Below, piece after piece: positions 8,845-19,260 of a stretch of DNA of 60,458 bases (position 1 is the stretch's first letter; each line of letters begins with the position of its first letter). The stretch lies in IMG/VR virus record IMGVR_UViG_3300045988_036809; one strand, 5' to 3'. A program made the translations under genes and the position numbers. The notes under the pieces were generated by a model. The model did no database searches. It saw nothing but the letters and a program-made list of their open reading frames with translations, and was not told the DNA's origin. This DNA is from a virus.

Positions 8845-11800
8845 TTAATATAACAATGGATTTGTACCTGTCCGGTTGTACGCTTGCCGGTTCGACCTCT
8901 TAACGCTCTCGAATATATCATTTGATGATATTCCTGTATCTTTTGCAAGAAGTTGTCTAAGCAAGTCATTCTGCTCACGCAATAACCGGTTCTGATCTGC
9001 CTGTGACATTGACATTCCATCTACAATTCCGCTTGCAATGTCTGTTGACATCCGACCGGTATCAATAACTGTCGACGTGCTTGTTGCCACATCTGTGTTG
9101 ATTGATGATGCAATATCCGCTGACATATCAGCTAAATCTTGCAATGGGTCTGTAAACTGCAAGGATGTGTTGAATGCAGATGTCAAATCTGTAGCCATTC
9201 CGCTTGCATCACTTAACAACTTAGGCATGGCACTTTCCATACCCAAACCGATGCCGGGTGGCAAGAATTGACCGATTTCTTTATTCCATAATCGAGACGG
9301 AGAATGAATACCAAACGCACGTTTTAATGCGGATGTCAATCCTCTTGCAAGAGACACGATACCGCCGACAAGTCCGGCTGGGCCTGTGCTATTCCATTTG
9401 TTTGTTAAGCCGATTCTAAGTCCGTTGACAAGGTTCGCTCCGATCGGATTCCAATTCTCACGTTGAATTATTCCGCTCGTATTCTTTGTATGTTTTCTTG
9501 TATCGGATTCAACACCGCCCCATTGATTATTTGCTCCACCACGAAGTCCTCCTAAAGCGCCAACAAATGCGTTAGTCACGTTCTTTCCACCGTTTGATGA
9601 ATCTACTTTCATCTTAGCAAATTTCTGTGCCATATCGGATGCCATACCATTAAGAGTTGTGCCAGAACTGTTCTTCATTCCTGTTAAAGCATTAATCACA
9701 GACAACGACATACCATTAGCTGAGCTTGTAGCATTTTTAGTCATAACAGAAAAATTGTTTGTAGAATTTCCTGCCATTCCTTGAATACTTGTTACAACCG
9801 ACCCAGCCATTCCTTGTACGCTTGATGTCGTATTCTGTGACATATTTTTGACACTGTTAGATGCGCTGTTGTTCATGTTATTGTAATCGGAAACTACACT
9901 ATTTTTAGTCTGCTTAACAAGCGACGTTATTTGATTTTTCCCATTTGCAACAGAAGCTCCAACATTGGCTAATCCGTTTTTAGTCTTTCCATCGACATCT
10001 TTCCCCGTTTGTTCCACATATCCAGGAATCAATTTTAAAAATCCGCTGAATTTTTCAGTCATTTTCCATGAAGCATTTTCGATTGCTTCACTAAGCACAC
10101 CAAAAGAAGATCTTCCTGTTTTTCCTATGCTTTTTAATGGTTTTTCACCCATTGCAACGGATTTCCATACTTTTTGTACCTGCGGTGGCAGATCTGATAT
10201 TTTTTGCTCCATAATTTTTATGTTGCTTATTTGTTCTGCTACCTGTTCTCCTATGCTAGTATGTCCTTCTTTGATTGTTTCTACCAATCCTTTGATAGCT
10301 TTGAATGGCGTATCGTATTCTCTATAATACGATGCCAATTCGCTGTCTCCCTGTGATTCTGCAAGAGATGCAAGACCTGTATTTACTTGTTTTCCGATCA
10401 ATTCTCCAAGTCCAAGACCTGCAGCAATGGCAATCCCTATTTGTCCCAAAGAAGCGGTTGCGGTGCTTGTCTTAAAGTAAGCCGCCATTCCACTAAGCAA
10501 ACCTCCTCCTGCCGCATTTCCTACGGAAGAAGATGCAAAATGAGTAACTATTGCATTTGTGATTGCGTTTTTTGCAGCCGATGTTAGTTTCACAGCCGTA
10601 ATCACAACGCCAAGAGAAGCAATCGTAAGGCTAATAGCCTTTGCAATGTTTACATTCCCCTCTTTGTCTACAAGCCACTTTGCAAGTACATCTGCAAACT
10701 TACTGAACGGTGTATTTTCGTACAGCCAATTTCCAACCTTAAATCCAATTACCGCTGTTGTAATTGAGATAGAAATTGCTTTGCTAAGAGGAATGGTTTT
10801 ATCGCCAATTCCTGTTGATATTTCCTTTGCAAGCAAATTCTTTAACACGCCTGTGGCAATCTCTTTACCGCCATGCATCCATTTAAAAGCACCGATGGCA
10901 ATTACAACCGTATCAAGGTCTAATTCGGTAAGGAAATCAACACCACCTTTTAATACATCCGACCATGATATATTTTTTAAGGCAGTAAATATTGTATCTT
11001 CGATTCCATCTACCCAACCATTGATAGCCTTTGCAAACTTCTTAAAATCAAAGTTTTGGAAAAATCCGTTTATTCCATACGCAATGGACAATCCAAGGTC
11101 GTCAAAATCAAAGTTATCTGTAAAACTAAGTGATGCAGTAATTGCAGTGTTTAACGAATTTGCAATAGTTTTTCCTGTTGCGTAGAAAAGCTGTGGAGAT
11201 ATAAGACCTGTTAAAAAGTCTGCCAATCCTTTTCCAAAATTCTCCGCACCCTTGTAAGCACTATCCCAATCAATGCTTTCAAGTTCTTTCGTCAGATTTA
11301 TTCCGATGTATTCTCCGAGTCCTCTAAGGTTAGAAATGGCACTCTTGTAAAGTCCGTCTGTCTCTGTGACGTTAAACTTCATTCCACCACTTGAACCACC
11401 GGAAGATGCACCGCCACTACCACCAGAACCACCACTACCACCGGAACTATCGTTAGGCGTATTCAGTACATTCAGTTCGTCGAAGCCTTGTAATTGTTGC
11501 TTTAACTTCTTAGCATTATCAGCCGCTTTGCCTGTTCCAGACGCAAGATCGTCTGCGCCTGTTGCCGCATTCTCAAAATCATCTGCAAGCGAACCACGTT
11601 GGATTTCCAATTTCCAACCGAATATTGCTCCTAAAGCATTAACGATATTCTCCGAAAAATTGATAACTGCATCCAAGCCCTTGTTAAGTGCTTGAAGCAA
11701 AGGCTTTAACATGTTGATGCCGGCATTACCCCATATAGCACCAAGTCGCGTGAAATTCTCTCCAAGTAATCGCACTTGGTTGTTCCATGTATCAGCGGTT

Positions 11801-13323
11801 CTTGCAAAATCGCCTTGCGCCATGGTTGTCTGCGACATAACGTACTGATAACGAAGCATTGTCTTTTCAGCCTGTGACATGCTATCAATATTAGCATTCA
11901 TGCCATTATTCAACGCCCATTGCTTCAAAGTTGCTTGTGTAAGGTCAAGACCATATTTACGAAGCGGAACGACCATGCCGGTATATACCGCTTGCAAATC
12001 TTCCGCAACGTCTGCTTGCGACTTATCATAGAACGATGCAATATCTCCGGCTAACTTAGTAAGATTCAGAGACACATCTGCCATATCGTCGGATGCTTGC
12101 ACATATCCATTTGTGGATTTTGCAAGGAAGTTGTTCGCATCTCCGACCTGTTTTGCGGTGATACCCATAGCAAGGCCCATTGATTGATATGTTGACGCAT
12201 ATTTCTTAAATGACAATTCGGACATTCCAAGTGTATAAATCGCATTCTTAGCCTGTTCTTCGACTTTATCCATAGACGGTCCAAAACTGTGACTTACAAC
12301 ATTTTGAACTTCTGTCAATGCACCGCTTATATCTATTGCTTTACGAAATACACCAAGCGCACGGAACAACATCCAATATGTCGCATACACTTTACCGATT
12401 GCAGATGCAAGGTTAAATGAGTGCTTTGATGCTTTCTTTGCAGAATTTCCCCAGCTATTAAGCGAAGATGTAAGTCCGCGTGTCACTCCACCGACGCGAT
12501 TACCGTTCGATGCAAGTTGTCCGATTGCTTGCGTCATTTGGATAATGTTTGCATTAACTGTCGGTGCGGTTGACATTGTTTGCATAAACCGTTTCAACGC
12601 TTCCGCAAGCGCATCAAGGTTTGCAGCTGTTTGTGCAGTTCTGTTTCCAGCAGATGCAAGAAGTCCTAACGCCGATGCAAACTGTATTGTATTCTCTGAT
12701 ACAACGCCAGCTTTTGACAATGAATTTATCAGGCGTTTAAGGTTTGCCCCTAATAGTGGTAATGCTGTGCTTGTTGCCTGTGCATTTGCTCCGGCACTTG
12801 CCAATCTCGACACCGCATTTACGACTTGAATGGTATTGCTTGCAACAGTTTTCGAGCTGTTTAACGCCGATGTAAGTTGGTTTATGTTTGCGCTCAACTG
12901 TGCAAAATTCACGGAATTAAGACCGCTCACATTTGAATTTGACAATCTTGTAATCGAATTTATAAAATTCACAAGACCTTTGTTGTCAAAATTCAAGCCA
13001 CTAAGCGTAGCAATTCCACTTGCAAGCGGTGTCAACGTGCTTGATAACTGCGATAGCTTTGTTCCGTCCACCGCTTCAAATTTCTGTATTCCCTTGGAAA
13101 TTCGTGTAAAATCGGACAGTTTAACACCTTGGAAACTCTGCATTGCGCCACTAAGGATATTCACGCCGCTTGCCAGCTTTTGAAGTCCTTTAGTATCTAC
13201 GCCGCCCAATGACTTAGACAGAACACCCAATTTATTTATGAGTTTGTCAATATCGTTATACGCTTTCTGCGCTTCCGCTCCGATTTTAAGTTGAAGGCTA
13301 TCAATTTCCGTTGCCACGATCAC
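8845..13323 (-). CDS. Tape measure protein
   Basis: 1492 aa, helical/Ala-Gly-rich, (GGS)n linker, hydrophobic central segments. Located after the tail chaperone pair. Confidence 0.9.
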   Translation of the reverse strand: MIVATEIDSLQLKIGAEAQKAYNDIDKLINKLGVLSKSLGGVDTKGLQKLASGVNILSGAMQSFQGVKLSDFTRISKGIQKFEAVDGTKLSQLSSTLTPLASGIATLSGLNFDNKGLVNFINSITRLSNSNVSGLNSVNFAQLSANINQLTSALNSSKTVASNTIQVVNAVSRLASAGANAQATSTALPLLGANLKRLINSLSKAGVVSENTIQFASALGLLASAGNRTAQTAANLDALAEALKRFMQTMSTAPTVNANIIQMTQAIGQLASNGNRVGGVTRGLTSSLNSWGNSAKKASKHSFNLASAIGKVYATYWMLFRALGVFRKAIDISGALTEVQNVVSHSFGPSMDKVEEQAKNAIYTLGMSELSFKKYASTYQSMGLAMGITAKQVGDANNFLAKSTNGYVQASDDMADVSLNLTKLAGDIASFYDKSQADVAEDLQAVYTGMVVPLRKYGLDLTQATLKQWALNNGMNANIDSMSQAEKTMLRYQYVMSQTTMAQGDFARTADTWNNQVRLLGENFTRLGAIWGNAGINMLKPLLQALNKGLDAVINFSENIVNALGAIFGWKLEIQRGSLADDFENAATGADDLASGTGKAADNAKKLKQQLQGFDELNVLNTPNDSSGGSGGSGGSGGASSGGSSGGMKFNVTETDGLYKSAISNLRGLGEYIGINLTKELESIDWDSAYKGAENFGKGLADFLTGLISPQLFYATGKTIANSLNTAITASLSFTDNFDFDDLGLSIAYGINGFFQNFDFKKFAKAINGWVDGIEDTIFTALKNISWSDVLKGGVDFLTELDLDTVVIAIGAFKWMHGGKEIATGVLKNLLAKEISTGIGDKTIPLSKAISISITTAVIGFKVGNWLYENTPFSKFADVLAKWLVDKEGNVNIAKAISLTIASLGVVITAVKLTSAAKNAITNAIVTHFASSSVGNAAGGGLLSGMAAYFKTSTATASLGQIGIAIAAGLGLGELIGKQVNTGLASLAESQGDSELASYYREYDTPFKAIKGLVETIKEGHTSIGEQVAEQISNIKIMEQKISDLPPQVQKVWKSVAMGEKPLKSIGKTGRSSFGVLSEAIENASWKMTEKFSGFLKLIPGYVEQTGKDVDGKTKNGLANVGASVANGKNQITSLVKQTKNSVVSDYNNMNNSASNSVKNMSQNTTSSVQGMAGSVVTSIQGMAGNSTNNFSVMTKNATSSANGMSLSVINALTGMKNSSGTTLNGMASDMAQKFAKMKVDSSNGGKNVTNAFVGALGGLRGGANNQWGGVESDTRKHTKNTSGIIQRENWNPIGANLVNGLRIGLTNKWNSTGPAGLVGGIVSLARGLTSALKRAFGIHSPSRLWNKEIGQFLPPGIGLGMESAMPKLLSDASGMATDLTSAFNTSLQFTDPLQDLADMSADIASSINTDVATSTSTVIDTGRMSTDIASGIVDGMSMSQADQNRLLREQNDLLRQLLAKDTGISSNDIFESVKRSNRQAYNRTGTNPLLY

Positions 13324-13362
13324 ACCAACTTTCTGTCACATAGTAAAAAAGACGGCACAAAC

Positions 13363-13695
13363 CTATGTTGTACCGTCTGTATTGTTCTTATTTTTTGGAT
13401 GCTCCAATTCATAATTTGCCTGCATAGCAAGAAGTCCAGCCAGAAACGCTTCGCGTTGCTTTTGCAAATCTTCTTCTCGCGTTTCCATAGCCAAGATAAC
13501 AGGTTTTTTCATATATTTTCCTTTTGGATTTTTTGCGAAGTTTGCTTCGATTGCAACCGCAACTGCGGACATAGTATACTGACCGTTCATCCAATTAAGA
13601 GCATCTATCTGTTTGATTTTTTGCTTATATCCGTCTCTTACATATTCCAGCTTACGCGGATTCATATGCTTAAATTCTTCATACGAAATTCCCAT
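13363..13695 (-). CDS. Tail assembly chaperone, downstream (gpT-like) frame
   Basis: Synteny. Its frame stays open upstream past the stop of 13728..14213 in the -1 frame. No clear slippery heptamer was seen. Confidence 0.45.
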   Translation of the reverse strand: MGISYEEFKHMNPRKLEYVRDGYKQKIKQIDALNWMNGQYTMSAVAVAIEANFAKNPKGKYMKKPVILAMETREEDLQKQREAFLAGLLAMQANYELEHPKNKNNTDGTT

Positions 13696-13727
13696 AGAAT
13701 ATGCCGAAGGAAAGAAACCCTTCCATA

Positions 13728-14213
13728 TTACTTCGCGGACGCTTTGGAACTCTTCTTGTGGTCTTGTGGCACTACCTTCTGTGTCTGTTCCGCATTCTCT
13801 TCCTGCTCCATTGCCTGATTCATGGTCTCGATCATTTTCTCGATTCCACTCATCACGAAAAAACCATCATCCTCCATGCATGGCATCAACACTTCGTTGT
13901 ACACGTCCGTGCAAGATTTCTTTTCCTGCTTCATATATTTCTTTAACAGAGCTTTTGCTTCATCCATAGAAACCGGGTTATGTTCCAAGCATCCTGCATA
14001 AATAGCAAGCACGCAAATCTTAGGAATTGTGGCAAGCATCTCACTTGTTCCATCAAGCATTGCCACCGCAATATTGTTTCCTGCCTGTGCCGACCGTGCA
14101 ACATAAAGACCGGATTTAACCTCAAACATTTTCTGCACAAGGTCACCCAATTCTACTGCATCGAAACCAAACTCTAACTTATATTCTTTTCCATCAACTG
14201 TAATTGTTTTCAT
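13728..14213 (-). CDS. Tail assembly chaperone (gpG-like)
   Basis: Between major tail and tape measure genes. Acidic C-terminus. Start set at MKTITVDG. Confidence 0.5.
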   Translation of the reverse strand: MKTITVDGKEYKLEFGFDAVELGDLVQKMFEVKSGLYVARSAQAGNNIAVAMLDGTSEMLATIPKICVLAIYAGCLEHNPVSMDEAKALLKKYMKQEKKSCTDVYNEVLMPCMEDDGFFVMSGIEKMIETMNQAMEQEENAEQTQKVVPQDHKKSSKASAK

Positions 14214-14387
14214 AATTAAATACCTTTTACCTTTCCTCCTATGTCTTTCACATAGGAAAGGGGCAGACCGAAGTCCGCCCTTTCTGTGCAATGTTTAATT
14301 ATTCATCAACATACGATGAATAGCTGTTTACCGCATTCGATTCTTCGTCACTCATCACTGCGGTATCAGAATCTAACGAGTGACTAA

Positions 14388-14864
14388 CTATTCCCCCGGT
14401 GTAAATGCCACGGATTCGTCCATTCCCTTATACTCTTCAATCGTAAGATTCATCTCGATTGTAAGCAATTCGTTCTGTCCGATTTCCGGCTGTGGAATCT
14501 GCTCCGGTGGCTGTGCTACAACAAAGAACGACTTCTCAATTCCCGGAATGATCGTCTCAAACCACATTCTCTTTCCACCAGACAATGCCTTGTACTCTGT
14601 GATAAGAGCCTGCCATTCTGCGATTGTCTCCGCCGTAAAGTTTACTGTTACAGGGAATGAACCACCTGTGTCAGCACGTCCTTTAACGTATCTTGTTGTT
14701 GTATCTTCCAACGCAGATGCATCAATCTGTTCCGGGTCGATCGTGATTCCACCCAATGCGTTGATACGTGTCAACTGCTTAAAGGATGTTGGTTTTGTTC
14801 CAGCGGTTGCTTCTGTACCATAGCCGAATGTAATTTCAAGTGTTGAAATACCTGCTGCTGCCAT
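14388..14864 (-). CDS. Major tail protein
   Basis: 158 aa. TLEITFGYGTEATAGTKPTSFKQLTRI..GGITIDPEQIDASALEDT resembles TP901-1/phi13-type major tail proteins. Synteny agrees. Confidence 0.7.
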   Translation of the reverse strand: MAAAGISTLEITFGYGTEATAGTKPTSFKQLTRINALGGITIDPEQIDASALEDTTTRYVKGRADTGGSFPVTVNFTAETIAEWQALITEYKALSGGKRMWFETIIPGIEKSFFVVAQPPEQIPQPEIGQNELLTIEMNLTIEEYKGMDESVAFTPGE

Positions 14865-14922
14865 CTTCTTTTACCTCCTTAAAAATATGCATAAAAAAAG
14901 AACCCGAAAACAGGTTCTTAAA

Positions 14923-15360
14923 TTATTTATCCATCAATCTATCATTTGCTCCGAGTATTCTTCTAAATCTCGCAACGCTTCTGTATACTGTTCCGTCAGA
15001 CTTAAATTCCGGCATTGACGTTACTTCAAACCTCATTGTCTTAAATACGTCTGCGACTATTGCAAGCATAAGCTTCGCATCATACTGTGATGTGTTCGTG
15101 AACGTTTGAACCTCAAACGTGGTTAAAACACCATTGATATTTTGACCGTCTAGCGTCCGACCTTGCTCTGTTCCTGGCAATTCGTGAACGTATATAGTCG
15201 GAAATGTTGGTTTTGACAATCTGCTTTCGAGATTGGTGATCGTAACACCTTGTTGCCACTTCATACTTGGAAATTTCTTTCTTAAATTCGGGATAGCGTA
15301 TGAGTTGAGAATACCTAAAACTTTTGTTTCATTTTCGTACGCCCATGTATTATCAACCAT
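14923..15360 (-). CDS. Putative tail completion / tail terminator protein
   Basis: Synteny only. Confidence 0.35.
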   Translation of the reverse strand: MVDNTWAYENETKVLGILNSYAIPNLRKKFPSMKWQQGVTITNLESRLSKPTFPTIYVHELPGTEQGRTLDGQNINGVLTTFEVQTFTNTSQYDAKLMLAIVADVFKTMRFEVTSMPEFKSDGTVYRSVARFRRILGANDRLMDK

Positions 15361-15928
15361 TCTTGAATACCTCTTTTACAGTTTTCTCAACCAATTTCAT
15401 AAGTTGAAGCGATGTGTAATACATAAAAGGTCTGCTTGGCATACCCTTTGTGATATGCAGTTTCCCATCATCGCCGATATAAGTCCAATAATATTCCCCA
15501 GCCTTAACAAACGTATCTCCATTTATAGATATGTCTTGCGTAGCCTGTCTAATTGTCTTACCACTTGCATAGTCCCACGTTACGCCGTCCGGAAATTCTC
15601 CCGGATAAGGATGCTCTTGACCAACAATTCCGGTTCCGAACTCAACCATCAACGCATGATCCGTACCAGCCACAACCGCCCATACACCGCCACCCTTGAC
15701 ACTTCCAACATATTCAGAGTGAATGCTTTTAATCAAATCTTGATTAAATATCGCATCAAGGTCTGCAATCTGTACTCTCGCAATCTCTACGCCTTTTTCA
15801 GCCAACTTTTGAGCCACCATCTGACATTTATACGTCAAACTATTTTGGTAGTCTCTAAGCTGTTTTATAGCGTTCTGAATGCTTGATTGAGACAGACAAT
15901 TCATACTGATTGTCTTTTTACGTGCCAT
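15353..15928 (-). CDS. HK97 gp10-like head-tail joining protein
   Basis: VGSVKGGGVWAVVAGTDHALMVEFGTG motif. Synteny agrees. Confidence 0.55.
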   Translation of the reverse strand: MARKKTISMNCLSQSSIQNAIKQLRDYQNSLTYKCQMVAQKLAEKGVEIARVQIADLDAIFNQDLIKSIHSEYVGSVKGGGVWAVVAGTDHALMVEFGTGIVGQEHPYPGEFPDGVTWDYASGKTIRQATQDISINGDTFVKAGEYYWTYIGDDGKLHITKGMPSRPFMYYTSLQLMKLVEKTVKEVFKNG

Positions 15929-15936
15929 GCCATCAC

Positions 15937-16419
15937 CTACTCTGCGTTCTTCACATTCTTACGGAGCAAATAAAGGTCAACTGTCAATCCTTCATCTGCC
16001 ACGCCCTTTACGATGTAATCTGCCGACGTGGAATCAATGATCGTCTTGTCGTTTTCCTTATAGCCAACTTCCGACCGCTTCCATATCAATGAACCTTCCA
16101 CAAGTGGAAATGCGTTTTTGTCTGTAACTAACTGTGCATAATTGGTTGAATCATCTATTCCAAACTCTTTAGCTGTTGCTTCGCTTAGCTTGTTACTTAT
16201 GGATGAATAAAAAATAACAGGCTCCGTATATGCTTCAATCGGTTCTCCTGTTACTTCTGGTATCTTATTGCCATCTTCATCCAAATATGGAATAAACGTG
16301 CCATCATCGTCTGTATATCCGGTATATATGATATTCCCATCATCGTCACGTCTGTACTGCGGTTGCAATCCAAGGCTAAGTGAATACATCATCTTTTGCT
16401 TGTTGATTTCCAACGACAT
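15937..16419 (-). CDS. Hypothetical virion-module protein (possible head closure)
   Basis: Synteny only. Confidence 0.3.
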   Translation of the reverse strand: MSLEINKQKMMYSLSLGLQPQYRRDDDGNIIYTGYTDDDGTFIPYLDEDGNKIPEVTGEPIEAYTEPVIFYSSISNKLSEATAKEFGIDDSTNYAQLVTDKNAFPLVEGSLIWKRSEVGYKENDKTIIDSTSADYIVKGVADEGLTVDLYLLRKNVKNAE

Positions 16420-16731
16420 TTACTTCACATCCTTACCGAAACGTTTCCATAATTCAGATAGCTTTTCCCATCCGAACATGGCAACAAAGGCCACAATAAA
16501 TCCTGCAATTACGGATGCAACGATCATATACCATAGCATTACCGCGCCAATATATTGCATATAAGCGATGAACGCTGTTACAGTAAGAGCGATAGAAAGC
16601 ACAAATACAACCAAGTCCGTCGGAATATTCTTAAAAATGCCCTTAATCACTTGCGTAATCACGGACACAATAAATGCCAAGCATCCAACTACAGCAAGTA
16701 ATAATGTTGCGTTGCTTAATAATTCCTGCAT
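16420..16731 (-). CDS. Holin-like membrane protein (3 predicted TM helices)
   Basis: 103 aa, three hydrophobic helices, charged C-terminus (KLSELWKRFGKDVK). Location is atypical for a holin. Confidence 0.45.
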   Translation of the reverse strand: MQELLSNATLLLAVVGCLAFIVSVITQVIKGIFKNIPTDLVVFVLSIALTVTAFIAYMQYIGAVMLWYMIVASVIAGFIVAFVAMFGWEKLSELWKRFGKDVK

Positions 16732-16732
16732 A

Positions 16733-17050
16733 TCAATTACTCCTTTCCATATTCAGGCGCTCTTCAATGCCATCTAAACGATGATGAAAAGATTTGACAC
16801 TTTCTTCCACTTTAACAATACGGCTGTCATGCGAATTGATTTCTTTCCGCATTTCGGACACTTCATTTTTTATGTCTGTTGTATTGTTAGAAATGGCATC
16901 TAACTTCATATTGATTTTCGTGTTTTCTTTCACACGTTCCTCAATATCTTTGGCATCTGTCCTTTTATTGCTTTTCAATCCCATAAAGACGGAAAAACCA
17001 AGTGATAACACGCTTATAATGATTGCTGTTGATACCTCAATAGTCATCAA
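16733..17050 (-). CDS. Single-pass membrane protein with coiled coil (XhlA-like architecture)
   Basis: N-terminal TM (AIIISVLSLGFSVFMGL), then a heptad-rich segment. Confidence 0.4.
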   Translation of the reverse strand: MMTIEVSTAIIISVLSLGFSVFMGLKSNKRTDAKDIEERVKENTKINMKLDAISNNTTDIKNEVSEMRKEINSHDSRIVKVEESVKSFHHRLDGIEERLNMERSN

Positions 17051-17155
17051 TCATATACCGCCTTTCTATTTTATTTGATGTGCCGCCCACCACCCTTGAT
17101 GCACACCGCCTGCTACCGCATCCGAACCTCAAACACGATAACGCACAATCTTCTT

Positions 17156-17512
17156 TTATAATGCCTTTACAAACGGATATACACCCACAAACAAGCTGTC
17201 TCTATCTCTCCAATGGCGTGATACTCCATTTTCTGAATAGCTTGTCATGTAGTTCTCGCCAGCTTGTGAATAGTCGTACACAACAAGGTTTACTATGACA
17301 CCCTCAAAAAAGTTCATATCTTCTTCAATCATTTCCTGTGTGTAAGAATCCGGGTAGCACCGCTTTGCAATAACATCTTTTTTTGCTTGCTCAATTAGTT
17401 GTTCAATAATCGGATTGTTTTCGATTTTATCAAACACAACAACATCTTTTCCGTCAGCTTTCTCCATATGAAATTGTTTCAATCGAATTTTGACTTGTTC
17501 TAATGTTGTCAT
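17156..17512 (-). CDS. Head-tail connector (gp6-like / Phage_connect_1)
   Basis: TLEQVKIRLK... NPIIEQLIEQAKKDVIAKRCYP ... LVVYDYSQAG pattern. Synteny agrees. Confidence 0.6.
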   Translation of the reverse strand: MTTLEQVKIRLKQFHMEKADGKDVVVFDKIENNPIIEQLIEQAKKDVIAKRCYPDSYTQEMIEEDMNFFEGVIVNLVVYDYSQAGENYMTSYSENGVSRHWRDRDSLFVGVYPFVKAL

Positions 17513-17522
17513 ATTTATTCTC

Positions 17523-17783
17523 CTATAAGCCCAAAACGCTAATCAAACAATCTTTCAGCTCTTCGCCTGTTTTTTCTTCTGCATCTTCAATTCCGTATTC
17601 AGAAGCAAGTTCTCTAAGATTTCCAACAGGCATACGCTTAATTTCTGTCTTTGTAAAATTTTTTGACGGCGGCGTCATAAAGTCAGAAGTATCAGAGGAA
17701 GTGTTTTTATCCACTTCCTCTTCAATCTCATCTCCAGCTTGATACCACACGCCATTATATTTAATGCCGTATTCAGCGATCAT
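17523..17783 (-). CDS. Small protein with Rho_N/SAP-like C-terminal motif
   Basis: NLRELASEYGIEDAEEKTGEELKDCLISVLGL. Confidence 0.4.
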   Translation of the reverse strand: MIAEYGIKYNGVWYQAGDEIEEEVDKNTSSDTSDFMTPPSKNFTKTEIKRMPVGNLRELASEYGIEDAEEKTGEELKDCLISVLGL

Positions 17784-17786
17784 AGG

Positions 17787-18875
17787 CTACTCCTTAACCT
17801 TCATTACAAGCACGCTATCCATTCCCTCAAATGTAGGCAGACCAATCATAGATACTACGCAATGAGTATTGATTGGATGATTTGTTGCGTATGTGTAAAC
17901 AGATACACCTGTCTCGACAATAGACAGATTTCCGTCCGTGAGACTTCCGCTTCTCTCTTCTGGTGTCTTACCAAATACATAATCGCCAAGGAAAACGCCT
18001 GCTGTCTGTGCAGATACAATTCCTGTTGGCACAAAATACTTGGTTGTTCCGGTTTCATCAATATACAGTTTGTCGTATACCTCAATCTCGATTCCGTATC
18101 CACGAAGATACTCTGTAACCTGTGCCTGCTGCAATCTGATACCGCCATTATAAGCTGTGATACCAAGCACCTGTTTCTTTGTGTCCTCTGCCTTGAGTAC
18201 CATCTCCCATGTCTCGGTGTTCATGGTGAATCTTGTCAGAGAATAGCCTGTAGCCTTTGCGAAATCTCTACGTGCTGTAATCAGATCATCAAGAGGTGCC
18301 GCTGTTGAAGGCTTATCCCATGTGCTTGTTCCTGTAATAGCCTTGAAGTGATTTTGTTTATGTTCTGCTCCTTCATCCGATGTATAATCAACATAATATG
18401 GCTTGTTGTCGATAACGACCTTTACTCTTGGAATACCATCTTCCGGTGCAAGCAACTGCCAAATCTGTCTCTCTGGTACAACAAGCGCGCCCTCGATGAG
18501 GTTCATAGGTTTCTTGCTGATTTCTCTAAGGACATCATTTGCAAGGCTTGAATTTTCTGCGCTTCTGTAGTTGTCGTAATCCTGCTCTTCTCTCTCGGTA
18601 ACCATATATGATTCCCGGTAAAAAGGCATTTCATTTTGAATGTCAGAGAAACCTCCAACATCTCTCAACTCTGCCTGTGCATCAAAGTTAGATGCCTTTA
18701 ATGAAACCGGAAGTCCGTTCTTTCCCTTAATGAATCTAAGAGAAAGAGAACTCTGCTTTCTCGTTCCGAACTTTTGTCTGCCTAAGTAAGGGGCAGAACC
18801 TAATGTTTTTTGATAGTTATCCCACATCACGCCAAGGCTTCTCGCTGTGAATGCTTCTGATAATGGTAATGCCAT
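17787..18875 (-). CDS. Major capsid protein, lambda gpE-like (Phage_cap_E)
   Basis: 362 aa. N-terminal and C-terminal stretches (..THCVVSMIGLPTFEGMDSVLVMKV) parallel lambda gpE. Follows the scaffold and decoration-like genes. Confidence 0.8.
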   Translation of the reverse strand: MALPLSEAFTARSLGVMWDNYQKTLGSAPYLGRQKFGTRKQSSLSLRFIKGKNGLPVSLKASNFDAQAELRDVGGFSDIQNEMPFYRESYMVTEREEQDYDNYRSAENSSLANDVLREISKKPMNLIEGALVVPERQIWQLLAPEDGIPRVKVVIDNKPYYVDYTSDEGAEHKQNHFKAITGTSTWDKPSTAAPLDDLITARRDFAKATGYSLTRFTMNTETWEMVLKAEDTKKQVLGITAYNGGIRLQQAQVTEYLRGYGIEIEVYDKLYIDETGTTKYFVPTGIVSAQTAGVFLGDYVFGKTPEERSGSLTDGNLSIVETGVSVYTYATNHPINTHCVVSMIGLPTFEGMDSVLVMKVKE

Positions 18876-18888
18876 GTTCTTCTACCTC

Positions 18889-19245
18889 CTAAACACTTTC
18901 TGTTGTAGCTTTAATTGCCGGCGCACCATAGAATGTTACTCTTGGTGTTGCCGATCTTGCCTTGTCTGTAATTGAAAGTCCTGTAACCTTAGTCCAATCA
19001 ATCGTTCCTTGATATACATATGTTCCCGGAGCATCTCCCTGTGTCACATCAACGTCGTGGAGTAAATATCCAACGCAGTTTTCGTCGTTGCTTGGGAACG
19101 GCGTGCCAGCTTTTACAATTTTTCTTCCGTTTTCGTCCGGGCTTGATACGGATGCCTGTGTTACAAGGCACGCTGCGCCTTCATACGGAAAAAACTTCAA
19201 AATTCCTTTTTCCTGAGAAAAATCTCTTACGATTGGTTTTCCCAT
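18889..19245 (-). CDS. Putative head decoration protein
   Basis: 118 aa immediately upstream of a gpE-like capsid gene, as gpD is in lambda. Synteny-based. Confidence 0.4.
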   Translation of the reverse strand: MGKPIVRDFSQEKGILKFFPYEGAACLVTQASVSSPDENGRKIVKAGTPFPSNDENCVGYLLHDVDVTQGDAPGTYVYQGTIDWTKVTGLSITDKARSATPRVTFYGAPAIKATTESV

Positions 19246-19260
19246 CGTCTCTACCTCCTG

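Noticed and set aside
13696-13760. Programmed -1 frameshift joining the two tail chaperone ORFs
   Set aside because: The downstream frame is open across the upstream stop, as expected, but I could not find a convincing XXXYYYZ slippery heptamer. Left as two CDS with a note.
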